A DNA stretch of 64,000 nucleotides from contig SVSD01000003.1 of NCBI GenBank assembly GCA_015064485.1, positions 83,927-147,926 of the forward strand, given 5' to 3'. The DNA is from Oscillospiraceae bacterium. GTDB lineage: Bacteria > Bacillota > Clostridia > Oscillospirales > CAG-382. This document shows, piece by piece, positions 8,440 through 16,905 of the stretch (positions within the stretch are counted from its first letter, which is position 1; every line of letters starts with the position of its first letter). The position numbers were made by a program, and so were the translations under genes. Under the pieces are notes generated by a model, which searched no databases, was not told the origin of the DNA, and worked only from the letters and a program-made list of their open reading frames with translations.

Positions 8440-10392
8440 TCATATATCCTTTTTCAAATCAGCAATTGGGAAATATGTGATTCTGAGGTTGGTACATCCA
8501 TAGGGAACAAGAGTTATATCGAGTCTGTCTGTTACAAATTGTTTGTCTTGGTAAGGTTCGAATGTACGGGGAGGATAGGGAGAGCAAAGATAGGGTGCTT
8601 TATAGCAATGAGTATGAAGCTTGATGTAAGGATTGCTCCAGGCGTATCCTTCGGGTGTGCAAAGTTCGATTTCGATATCATCTGCTGAAAGCTTTTCGTC
8701 CATCGCGACATTCCAGCTTATCATATATCTGCGCATACCTGTTCTTTCGTGGATTTCCGCAATATCGGCTTCTGTCCATACGGGAGTAACCTTATACCAC
8801 GACCAGCCTTCCGGCATGGGAGTATGAGGTGTTCCGGGATATGCCGTCCATCTTTCGGGAATGTGATAGGAGAACAAAAGAGCTCCGTATTTTATCGCAA
8901 GAGGATATTTCTTCGAAGCATCAGAGTCGTCAACTCTTAAAACTTCGACTTCCGCTTTGAATTTTATATCAACCTTGCAGCTTTCTGTTATTTCAACTGC
9001 GGTGTATCCGTTTTCGTTTCTTTCACACGAAATTTCATTTCCGTTTACACTTATAGTAAAAGCTTTTGCCCAGACGGGAACTTTAAGATAAAGAGAGAAA
9101 GCTTTTTCTGTTTTTATTTCAAACGATACATCGTTTCTGAAAGGATAAAGTGTGTTTTCCTTAATTTTAATGTTTTTATAGCATAGACTGCAGGGACCGT
9201 ATACTGTACAGTAGATATTATCCTTTTCGTCATGAAGCAACATGCCTTTTATAAATTCGGGAACTACAACTACCGAGTTTACGGGACAGCAAGCTGTGGG
9301 ATAGCAGGGCGCATATACCTGCATATCACCCATAAATGAAGAAGATTCGTTTGTTGCATAGATCTGGTTGGGGGCGGACATATAGGCGATTGCTCTTTCG
9401 TCCTTCTTTCTTGCGCCTTGCGCTCCGTTATAAAACATTTCTTCCATATAGTCGCCGTAAATTGACTGACCTGTTATGTAGGACATATGTGAATAGGAAG
9501 CATTAAAAATTGCAAAACAGCAGTATTCGGTTTCTGCAGTTGCACTTACGGGACCTAAATATTCGCTGTTTGAAACGGGGCCGCCGGAGAGTTGAGTCGA
9601 TTTTTCTCTTACAAGCTTTATGATATTTTTGGTTGCTTTGAGATACTTTTCTTTTCCGGTTACCGAATAGAGAAGAGCAGGGAGTCGAAGGTTAACGCCT
9701 ACTGCAACGGTATGATTTGCGTTATAATGATACTCGCCTTCAAGATATGCCTTATATGAAGTGCGGAAAATATCGTGTTCGCAAAGATATTCGGCATAAT
9801 CCTCGGAGAACTTTAAAAGTTCCTCGTCGCCTGTCTTGAGATAGCAATAAACCATAGGTTCAATAATAAAGGCGCCGGCATAAGAAGTCTTGTTGTCGCC
9901 TGCCCATTTTACTGTAAACCATTTCATACAGCGGTAAACAGCCTCAAAGACATCCTCTCTTTTTGTAGCCTCGTAAAAGGCTAAAAGACCTCTCATAACC
10001 GTTGCAGTTCCCCAGGCATTGAAGTCGTCGTAAATATCTGCGTCGTCTTCGTAGAATGTGCCGAGATATCCGTCGTCTTTTTGCTTTTTCATCATCTCAT
10101 TGACCCAGTTTGTGGCGGTTTCTATCATTTCGCTGTCATCAAGGGTAAATGCGTGCTGTATGTAACCTGTCCAGTAATTTCCCGAAATTTCAGCACCCCA
10201 TCCGCACTGTTCCTCTTTTGTCCAGGAAGAAACTTCCTGCTTGTTGAGATAGGGGTTTAAAATTATATCGGGTTCAAGCTCGGGAAGATGTCCTGCCATT
10301 CCGTCTTTGCCCCTTAAAAGTTGTTCTTTTAAAAAGCCTTCGGCTTTTATTGTTCCCAAAGGAAAACGGGAAAGTTTGCTGAAATTTTTCAT
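8440..10392 (-). CDS. Glycoside hydrolase family 127-like (DUF1680 / beta-L-arabinofuranosidase family)
   Basis: ORF-track 658-aa frame. The ETEYCC and PTACCPVN motifs resemble the Glu/Cys Zn-site and CCPxN nucleophile motif of GH127 HypBA1. I place the start at the second ATG (10392, MKNFSKL) because AGGA sits 10 nt upstream, and the first ATG (10416) lies only ~10 nt from the predicted TSS with no RBS. Confidence 0.6.
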   Translation of the reverse strand: MKNFSKLSRFPLGTIKAEGFLKEQLLRGKDGMAGHLPELEPDIILNPYLNKQEVSSWTKEEQCGWGAEISGNYWTGYIQHAFTLDDSEMIETATNWVNEMMKKQKDDGYLGTFYEDDADIYDDFNAWGTATVMRGLLAFYEATKREDVFEAVYRCMKWFTVKWAGDNKTSYAGAFIIEPMVYCYLKTGDEELLKFSEDYAEYLCEHDIFRTSYKAYLEGEYHYNANHTVAVGVNLRLPALLYSVTGKEKYLKATKNIIKLVREKSTQLSGGPVSNSEYLGPVSATAETEYCCFAIFNASYSHMSYITGQSIYGDYMEEMFYNGAQGARKKDERAIAYMSAPNQIYATNESSSFMGDMQVYAPCYPTACCPVNSVVVVPEFIKGMLLHDEKDNIYCTVYGPCSLCYKNIKIKENTLYPFRNDVSFEIKTEKAFSLYLKVPVWAKAFTISVNGNEISCERNENGYTAVEITESCKVDIKFKAEVEVLRVDDSDASKKYPLAIKYGALLFSYHIPERWTAYPGTPHTPMPEGWSWYKVTPVWTEADIAEIHERTGMRRYMISWNVAMDEKLSADDIEIELCTPEGYAWSNPYIKLHTHCYKAPYLCSPYPPRTFEPYQDKQFVTDRLDITLVPYGCTNLRITYFPIADLKKDI

Positions 10393-10432
10393 AATGCGAA
10401 TATCCTTTTCATACATTATAATTTATAGCTTG

Positions 10433-10461
10433 ATTCTAACAGATATAAAAAAACATTTCAA
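10433..10461 (-). promoter_or_regulatory. Sigma-A-type promoter of the GH127-like gene
   Basis: Minus strand reads TTGAAA (10461-10456), 17 nt, then TAGAAT (10438-10433). Confidence 0.6.
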
Positions 10462-10529
10462 TAGAAAGCGTATTAAAATGAGCAAATGTGCATAAAAAAT
10501 GAAGAAAACTGCAAATAAGCAAAATGAAA

Positions 10530-10561
10530 CAGCAGACACAAAAACCGTGTCTGCTGTTTTT
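10530..10561. terminator. Rho-independent terminator downstream of ppiB
   Basis: CAGCAGACAC-AAAAACC-GTGTCTGCTG hairpin with a T-run on the plus side and TTTCATTTT on the minus side. Confidence 0.7.
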
Positions 10562-10579
10562 GAAAAATCACCTTTTAAA

Positions 10580-11062
10580 TTATGCTATTGTAACTTTTTT
10601 CATTTTCTGATCCTGATAGGGTCTGTCGCGTCTGTCTGTATCGCAGGTTGCGATCTCGTCAAGAACATCAAAGCCGTCTGTAAGCTTTCCGAATGCAGCA
10701 TACTGACCGTCAAGATGGGGAGCATCGCAATGCATTATGAAAAACTGTGAGCCTGCAGAATCGGGAGCCATCGATCGAGCCATCGATATAACGCCTCTTG
10801 TGTGCTTGAGGTCATTTTTGACGCCGTTTGAAGCAAATTCGCCCTTTATAGAATAACCGGGACCGCCCATACCCGAGCCTTCGGGATCTCCGCCCTGAAT
10901 CATAAAGCCTTCGATTACACGGTGAAAAACAAGTCCGTCGTAAAAGCCTTTTTCAACAAGACTTACAAAGTTTTCAACAGTGATGGGAGCGATATCGGGA
11001 TAAAGCTCAAGAGTCATCTTTTTGCCGTTTTCCATTTCAATAATAACAGTTTTTGTGTTCAT
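10580..11062 (-). CDS. ppiB: Peptidyl-prolyl cis-trans isomerase, cyclophilin type
   Basis: 160 aa. Contains FHRVIEGFMIQGGDP, GGPGYSIKGEF and SMARSMAPDSAGSQFFI, which are canonical cyclophilin motifs. Confidence 0.93.
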   Translation of the reverse strand: MNTKTVIIEMENGKKMTLELYPDIAPITVENFVSLVEKGFYDGLVFHRVIEGFMIQGGDPEGSGMGGPGYSIKGEFASNGVKNDLKHTRGVISMARSMAPDSAGSQFFIMHCDAPHLDGQYAAFGKLTDGFDVLDEIATCDTDRRDRPYQDQKMKKVTIA

Positions 11063-11113
11063 TTCAAAAACTCCTTTCGGATAAGTTCAGATATATTCTA
11101 TCACGAAAATCAC

Positions 11114-12028
11114 TTAAAGTAAAGACAAAATACCAAATATTTTAAAAAGTACGGAAAAGGATAAAACTAAAAGTGAAAATATTGTCAGACGAACGGCAAA
11201 ATAGCTTGACAGCTTAAATTTAACAAATGTAAAAATCTGGAAAAATACCGAAAGTCCGCCGGTTGATATAAAAGCGCATAAAAAAGGTATCTTTATGCTG
11301 TTTTTCAACTGTCTTACAGAATTTACCCCGCCGGTTATTTCTGTCATTCCCGATATGAAAATGCGAAAAAGACTTAAGGCATGGACTTGCAAAAAAAGCA
11401 TATTCAAAGCATCTGCAATAAGCGAAAAAAACACAACAAAACCGCAAATTTCAAGCATACTGTAGGTGCATTTCAATACGGTTTCGGAAATATTTTCTTT
11501 CCCTTGTGAAATGGTAGGAATAGTTGTTTTTTCTTTGCGCAAGAATATATGAGCGGCGCAAATGACGCATGCGGTTTGCAGTATAAAAAGTGAAATTCCC
11601 AGCGGGATACTTTCGAAAACGCCGTTTCCAATAAGAATAATAACGAAGGAAGGGCTTGCGTTGTTGCAGAGAATAGTGCAAATTTCAGCCTCTTTTTTTG
11701 TCAAAGTACCGTCTTCAAGACCTTTTTTGCAAATGATCGCGGGAGCAGGGTATCCGCACAAAATTCCCGTTAAAAATATAGGGAAAAGTTTTTTCGGAAA
11801 ACCCGAAATCCTACAACAAAGGTCGGAAAAAGCTCCGCTTGAAATCGAAAGGCTTTGGTATATCTGTCTTGCAAGTATCATCATCGGAAAAAAAGACGGC
11901 AAAAGCTGTGTGGAACATCGCTCGAGAGAATTTTTGATGCTTTCCTTTACGGCTTCGGGAAACATAAATAAAAACAGTACGCCGAAAAGGCAAGCTGCAG
12001 TATAAGGAATATAAAGCTTTTTTGACAT
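11114..12028 (-). CDS. Polytopic membrane protein, YlbJ-like / nucleoside-recognition (Gate) domain, sporulation-associated
   Basis: 304 aa with multiple TM helices. The N-terminal LLPSFFPMMIL segment resembles YlbJ-family proteins. It is divergent from yqfC-yqfD. Confidence 0.45.
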   Translation of the reverse strand: MSKKLYIPYTAACLFGVLFLFMFPEAVKESIKNSLERCSTQLLPSFFPMMILARQIYQSLSISSGAFSDLCCRISGFPKKLFPIFLTGILCGYPAPAIICKKGLEDGTLTKKEAEICTILCNNASPSFVIILIGNGVFESIPLGISLFILQTACVICAAHIFLRKEKTTIPTISQGKENISETVLKCTYSMLEICGFVVFFSLIADALNMLFLQVHALSLFRIFISGMTEITGGVNSVRQLKNSIKIPFLCAFISTGGLSVFFQIFTFVKFKLSSYFAVRLTIFSLLVLSFSVLFKIFGILSLL

Positions 12029-12088
12029 ATAAGCCCTTTTTCTCCAATAAAATTTACTATAACTGTTTTGATTATATGGAGATTTCTA

Positions 12089-12385
12089 TTGAAGAATTAC
12101 AGAAAAAACACAAAACAAAGTATTCCTGTTTCTGTTTGTGTTTCATCAAAGACAGGAATTCCTCTTGATACCCTCGGAGGATATCCGCAGATAACCGTTC
12201 GCTATGGCAGAGAGCTTACGATAGAGGGGAGCTGCAGAATTACCGAATATTCGCCGGAAGTTTTGAAAATCCTTTGCAAAGGAATTGTAATTTCGGTCAC
12301 GGGCAAAAATATTTGTGTCCGCCTTATGGATGAACTTGCGCTTGTGGCAAACGGAGAAATAAACTCAATATCTTTTGAGGAGTAA
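12089..12385 (+). CDS. yqfC: Sporulation protein YqfC
   Basis: About 98 aa with PQITVRYGRELTIEGSCRITEYSPEVLKI...ISVTGKNI, the YqfC/YabP-type fold pattern. It lies immediately upstream of yqfD. There is no in-frame ATG near the 5' end, so I favour TTG at 12089 (GGAG 7 nt upstream) over the track start at 12068. Confidence 0.7.
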   Translation: MKNYRKNTKQSIPVSVCVSSKTGIPLDTLGGYPQITVRYGRELTIEGSCRITEYSPEVLKILCKGIVISVTGKNICVRLMDELALVANGEINSISFEE

Positions 12386-12388
12386 GTG

Positions 12389-13579
12389 ATGTTTCTTGGT
12401 AAAATTATTGATTACATAATCGGCAAAGCACTTTTTGAGATTTATCTTTCAGATCCGAAGGAGGCGGCGGTATTAAACCTCTTGAAAAAAAGTGGGTTCT
12501 ACGATTGCCGTGTTACGGGTGAAAAAATAAATCTGTCGTGCAGCTGCTCGGATGCGAAAGTAATTGACGAAACCCTGAATGAAATGAATATAAAACATAA
12601 CTTTCGAACCGTCGGACTTTTTTATACCCTCAGCAATTTGAAATATCGTCTTGGTGCAGTTGCGGCTATCGCTTTATGTATATGTATGCATACATATTTT
12701 TCCGGTATGATTTGGGAAATTTCGGTTGTCGGAAACGAAAGCGTTTCCGCAGATGAAATACGGACAAAACTTCATTCTTTGGGAGTATATGAGGGATGCC
12801 GGAAAAAGAATATAAATATTCCGAAGCTTTCTATGGAATATATGCTTCAAGACGACAGATTTTCTTTCGTTCATCTCAATATAAACGGTACAACAGGAGT
12901 TTTAAAGGTTTCCGAAAGAACAAAATCCGAAAAGAAACCCGATAAAAAAGAGGTTTCCAATATTGTTGCAAGATGTGACGGAGTTATAACCCGCCTTGAT
13001 GTATATTCAGGAGGAAGGGAAGTGGAAAACGGAGAAACGGTTGTAAAAGGGCAGCTTCTGATATCATCATTTTTTGAAACAAGGCTTTCGGGATTTTTGC
13101 TGCGTCGTGCAAAGGGCGTAGCTTTTGCAAAAACATCCCCGACATTTGAGATGCATATTCCTAAAGAATATGCAAAAAAAGATAATGACGGAAAAATATA
13201 TGAAAAAAACACACTGTCGGTACTTGATTTTTCTTTTTTGCTTGACGGTGCAAATGTTCTTTTAAACGAGAAAAGCATAACTCTTGAAAAATCCTATGAC
13301 AGGATTTCACTTTTCGGGCTTGTAGAAACTCCCGTTTATATATCGACTGAAAAATATACGGTATGCAAAACCGAAAAAGTAAAAAGGACAAAAAAAGAAG
13401 CACAAAGCATTTTTGATAAAGAATATGAAAAATGGAAAGACAGCTTTTCTCAGGATGCGGAAATACTTTCCGAGAATTTTTTGTTTGACGAAACCGAAAA
13501 AGAATTTATTTTTATTTCCAATCTTTCGTGTATAGAAAATATAGGCGTAGATAAACCTTTTAAAATCGGGGAAAACTGA
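12389..13579 (+). CDS. yqfD: Sporulation protein YqfD (stage IV)
   Basis: About 396 aa with one central TM segment and a YqfD-like architecture. GAGGAG lies 6 nt upstream of the ATG at 12389. It abuts the yqfC stop. Confidence 0.75.
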   Translation: MFLGKIIDYIIGKALFEIYLSDPKEAAVLNLLKKSGFYDCRVTGEKINLSCSCSDAKVIDETLNEMNIKHNFRTVGLFYTLSNLKYRLGAVAAIALCICMHTYFSGMIWEISVVGNESVSADEIRTKLHSLGVYEGCRKKNINIPKLSMEYMLQDDRFSFVHLNINGTTGVLKVSERTKSEKKPDKKEVSNIVARCDGVITRLDVYSGGREVENGETVVKGQLLISSFFETRLSGFLLRRAKGVAFAKTSPTFEMHIPKEYAKKDNDGKIYEKNTLSVLDFSFLLDGANVLLNEKSITLEKSYDRISLFGLVETPVYISTEKYTVCKTEKVKRTKKEAQSIFDKEYEKWKDSFSQDAEILSENFLFDETEKEFIFISNLSCIENIGVDKPFKIGEN

Positions 13580-13669
13580 TGTAAAAGCACTTGCAAATAT
13601 TGCCGATATATAGTATAATGTATACGAAAATTGGATTATTGTGTCAAAAAAACTATAAAGGAAACAAAT

Positions 13670-14674
13670 ATGGCAGAAAAAATACTTGAAGGTCTTACCC
13701 ACGAAAAGGTTTCGGCAATTTTCGGCTCGTATGACAGTAATGCCGAAATAATTGAAGAAGAATGTTCTGTTTCTCTTTTTGCCGGTGACGGAAATATTAA
13801 GATCGCAGGCACAGATGAAGCGGCGGTTTTAAAGGCATATGCCGTTATCGAAAGCCTTTCGATGCTTTTGGACAAAACAGAAAGCCTTTCCGAACAGAAT
13901 ATAAGATATGCGATATCTTCGGTAAATTCCGAAAACATTCAGGAACTTTCAAGGCTTGAAAGCGACTGTATCTGTATAACAAGCAGAGGAAAACCCATAA
14001 AGGCCAAAACCATGGGACAGAAAAAATATGTCGAGGCAATAGCCGCAAATACTGTTGTTTTAGGCATAGGTCCTGCCGGAACCGGAAAGACATTTCTTGC
14101 CGTTGCAATGGCGGTAAATGCTTTGAGAAAAAAAGAAGTAAGCCGAATAGTTCTTACAAGACCTGCAGTTGAGGCAGGAGAAAAGCTCGGCTTTTTGCCC
14201 GGCGATCTTCAAAACAAAATAGACCCGTACCTTCGTCCTTTACACGATGCACTTTATGAAATGCTCGGTGCTGAAGGGTATGCGAGGAATCTTGAAAAGG
14301 GAGCAATAGAGATCGCACCTCTTGCGTATATGAGAGGAAGGACTTTAGACGATTCTTTTATCATACTTGACGAAGCGCAGAATACAACCCCCGAACAGAT
14401 GAAAATGTTTCTTACCCGTCTCGGCTTCGGGTCAAAGATCGTTGTAACAGGCGATGTTACCCAGATAGATCTTCCCGACGGACACCGCTCAGGACTTATT
14501 GAGGCGGCAAGGATAATTTCTGATGTCGAAGGCGTAAGCGTTCATAAGCTTACGGACAGAGATATAGTACGACACGCACTTGTGCAGAAGATAATACTTG
14601 CATACGACAGATACGAACAGCAAAGAAAGGAAAAAACAAAGGAAAATGAAAAACAGAATATACATCAGCAATAA
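13670..14674 (+). CDS. phoH: PhoH-family ATPase
   Basis: Walker A GPAGTGKTFLAVA, plus ILDEAQN and VVTGDVTQIDLP. Start moved to MAEKILEG (AAAGGA RBS); the track ORF starts at 13631. Confidence 0.9.
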   Translation: MAEKILEGLTHEKVSAIFGSYDSNAEIIEEECSVSLFAGDGNIKIAGTDEAAVLKAYAVIESLSMLLDKTESLSEQNIRYAISSVNSENIQELSRLESDCICITSRGKPIKAKTMGQKKYVEAIAANTVVLGIGPAGTGKTFLAVAMAVNALRKKEVSRIVLTRPAVEAGEKLGFLPGDLQNKIDPYLRPLHDALYEMLGAEGYARNLEKGAIEIAPLAYMRGRTLDDSFIILDEAQNTTPEQMKMFLTRLGFGSKIVVTGDVTQIDLPDGHRSGLIEAARIISDVEGVSVHKLTDRDIVRHALVQKIILAYDRYEQQRKEKTKENEKQNIHQQ

Positions 14675-16091
14675 CCAGGAAATTATCCCCGTAACCGAAG
14701 AATACAAAAAAATAATCAAAAAGACAGTCAACGCTGCCTTGAAATATGAAAAAATATCGGTTCCCTGTGAGGTTTCCGTAACCTTTACAGATAACGAAAA
14801 GATACGGGAGCTCAACCTTCAGCACCGCGAGAAGGACAGCGCAACAGATGTGCTTTCTTTCCCTCTTTTCGAAAAGGGCGAAATTCCGGAAATTGCGGAA
14901 GAAGGGGAGTATGTTGCAATCGGTGATGTTGTAATTTCCCTTGAAAAAGCAAAGGAACAGGCGGAAAGCTTCGGACATTCTTTTGAAAGAGAAATTGCAT
15001 TTTTAACTGTTCATTCCATCCTCCATCTTGCGGGATATGACCACGAAATTTCTGAACAGGACGAAAAATATATGAATGATACTTGCGAGGAAGTGCTCTC
15101 GAAACTCGGACTTACAAGAGATGCGAAGTTTGACGGTATAAATGAAACAGGCGATGATGACGAAACCGAGATAATCGAAGAAAAGCCTGAAATTGCAAGG
15201 GAAGATATGCGTACAGGCTTTATCTGCATACTCGGAAGACCTAATGTCGGAAAAAGCACTCTTATGAATACCATTCTCGGCGAGAAGGTTGCAATCGTTT
15301 CCAAAAAACCTCAGACAACAAGAAACAAGATAACCGGCGTTCTTACTGACGGACGGGATCAGTTTGTGTTTATTGATACCCCCGGTATCCATAAGCCTAA
15401 AAACAAGCTCGGCGAGTTTATGATGAAGGAAGCGGGAGATTCGATAGTCGGTACGGATGCTATCGTTTTTATTGTTGAACCCACCGAAAAACCTTCAAAG
15501 GTAGAAGAAGAGATCGCAGCTAAGATCAACGCTATGAAGGTTCCCGCGATTCTTGTTATAAACAAAGCAGACGCATTTAAAAAGACAAAGATACTTACAA
15601 CTATAGACCGCTTCAAAGAGCTTTGCGATTTTAAGACAATTATACCTATTTCAGCACTTGAAAACGACGGTGTTGATATCGTCCTTTCCGAACTTCGTCC
15701 TTTCCTTAAGAACGAACCTTGGTATTTCGAAGCTGATATGATAACAGATCAGCCCCTTCGCCAGATTGCGGCGGAAGTTATAAGAGAAAAGCTTCTGCGT
15801 ACTCTTGACGACGAAATTCCTCACGGTGTTGCCGTTGTTATCGAAGCATTCGAAGAAAAGAAAAATATGATTTCGATAAGAGCCGAGCTTTATTGCGAAA
15901 AGGAAGCTCATAAAAAAATAATCATCGGTAAAAACGGCGAATCTCTCAAAAAGGTGGGAACCTTTGCAAGAGAAGACCTTGAAAAGCTTTTTGAAAAGAA
16001 AATATATCTCGACCTTTGGGTAAAGGTGCGTGAGAATTGGCGTGACAGTATGCTCAATCTCAACCGCCTCGGATTTAAAGGCGACAAATAA
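14646..16091 (+). CDS. Fusion protein: YbeY endoribonuclease (N-terminal) + Era GTPase (C-terminal)
   Basis: One uninterrupted frame. The YbeY metal site HSILHLAGYDH lies at nt ~15008-15040. An acidic linker (GINETGDDDETEIIEEKPEIAREDM) follows. Era then contributes G1 GRPNVGKST, G3 DTPG, G4 NKAD and a KH domain (IRAELYCEKEAHKKIIIGKNG). The likely start is MKNRIYISNN at 14646, overlapping the phoH 3' end. Confidence 0.85.
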   Translation: MKNRIYISNNQEIIPVTEEYKKIIKKTVNAALKYEKISVPCEVSVTFTDNEKIRELNLQHREKDSATDVLSFPLFEKGEIPEIAEEGEYVAIGDVVISLEKAKEQAESFGHSFEREIAFLTVHSILHLAGYDHEISEQDEKYMNDTCEEVLSKLGLTRDAKFDGINETGDDDETEIIEEKPEIAREDMRTGFICILGRPNVGKSTLMNTILGEKVAIVSKKPQTTRNKITGVLTDGRDQFVFIDTPGIHKPKNKLGEFMMKEAGDSIVGTDAIVFIVEPTEKPSKVEEEIAAKINAMKVPAILVINKADAFKKTKILTTIDRFKELCDFKTIIPISALENDGVDIVLSELRPFLKNEPWYFEADMITDQPLRQIAAEVIREKLLRTLDDEIPHGVAVVIEAFEEKKNMISIRAELYCEKEAHKKIIIGKNGESLKKVGTFAREDLEKLFEKKIYLDLWVKVRENWRDSMLNLNRLGFKGDK

Positions 16092-16109
16092 TAAAAAGGC
16101 GGTCTTTAA

Positions 16110-16889
16110 ATGGATATCACCTGCGACGGTGTTGTTATAAGAGAAACCGATTACAAGGACAACGACAAGATAGTTACATTCCTGACAGCCGGGTACGGTA
16201 AAATCACAGTGCTTGCAAAAGGCGTAAAAAGTATAAAAAGCAAGAATTCCTCGGCGGTACAGCTTTTTTGTTCATCAACTTTTGAAATGACGGAAAAAAA
16301 CGGAAGATATATTCTTAAGACCGCAACTCTTCTTGACAGCTTTTACGCGGTCCGGGATAATATCGAAAGATTTTCCCTTGCCTCGTATTTTGCAGATGTA
16401 GCAGCTGTTGTCTGCACAGAAAATAATGACGAAAAAGAAATGCTTCGTCTTATTCTTAATTGCTTTTATGCTATGTCGAGATTTCCGGAAATACCGCTTT
16501 GGAGAATAAAGGCGGCGTTTGAGCTTAAATGTATGCAGGCAAACGGTCTTACCCCGGATTTTAATTCCTGTACCGAGTGCGGAAAAGCGGCAATTGACAG
16601 CACAGACAATTTCGGTATGTATCTTTTTTCTCCCGAGGACGGAACACCTATCTGTCCAAGATGTCTTAAGGACAGGGAAAACAAAAATATAATCCCGATA
16701 AGCACATTTACTATCGATGCTGCACAGTATATTCTTTCCTCTCCTCAAAAGAGGATGCTTAAATTCTTCTTGCCCGAAGAAAAGGATTTGAAAAGGGAAT
16801 TTTCGCAGTTCTGCGAAAAATATCTGGTCTGTCAGACAGCAAGAAGATACGAAACACTTACTTTTTATAAGACCGTTTGCAATATGTGA
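16110..16889 (+). CDS. recO: DNA repair protein RecO
   Basis: 259 aa. The N-terminal OB-fold pattern (GVVIRETDYKDNDKIVTFLTAGYGKITVLAKG), the Cys-x2-Cys...Cys-x2-Cys zinc motif (CTECGK...CPRC), and the position after era all match RecO. Confidence 0.88.
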   Translation: MDITCDGVVIRETDYKDNDKIVTFLTAGYGKITVLAKGVKSIKSKNSSAVQLFCSSTFEMTEKNGRYILKTATLLDSFYAVRDNIERFSLASYFADVAAVVCTENNDEKEMLRLILNCFYAMSRFPEIPLWRIKAAFELKCMQANGLTPDFNSCTECGKAAIDSTDNFGMYLFSPEDGTPICPRCLKDRENKNIIPISTFTIDAAQYILSSPQKRMLKFFLPEEKDLKREFSQFCEKYLVCQTARRYETLTFYKTVCNM

Positions 16890-16905
16890 AAAAAGGAGAA
16901 CTTAA

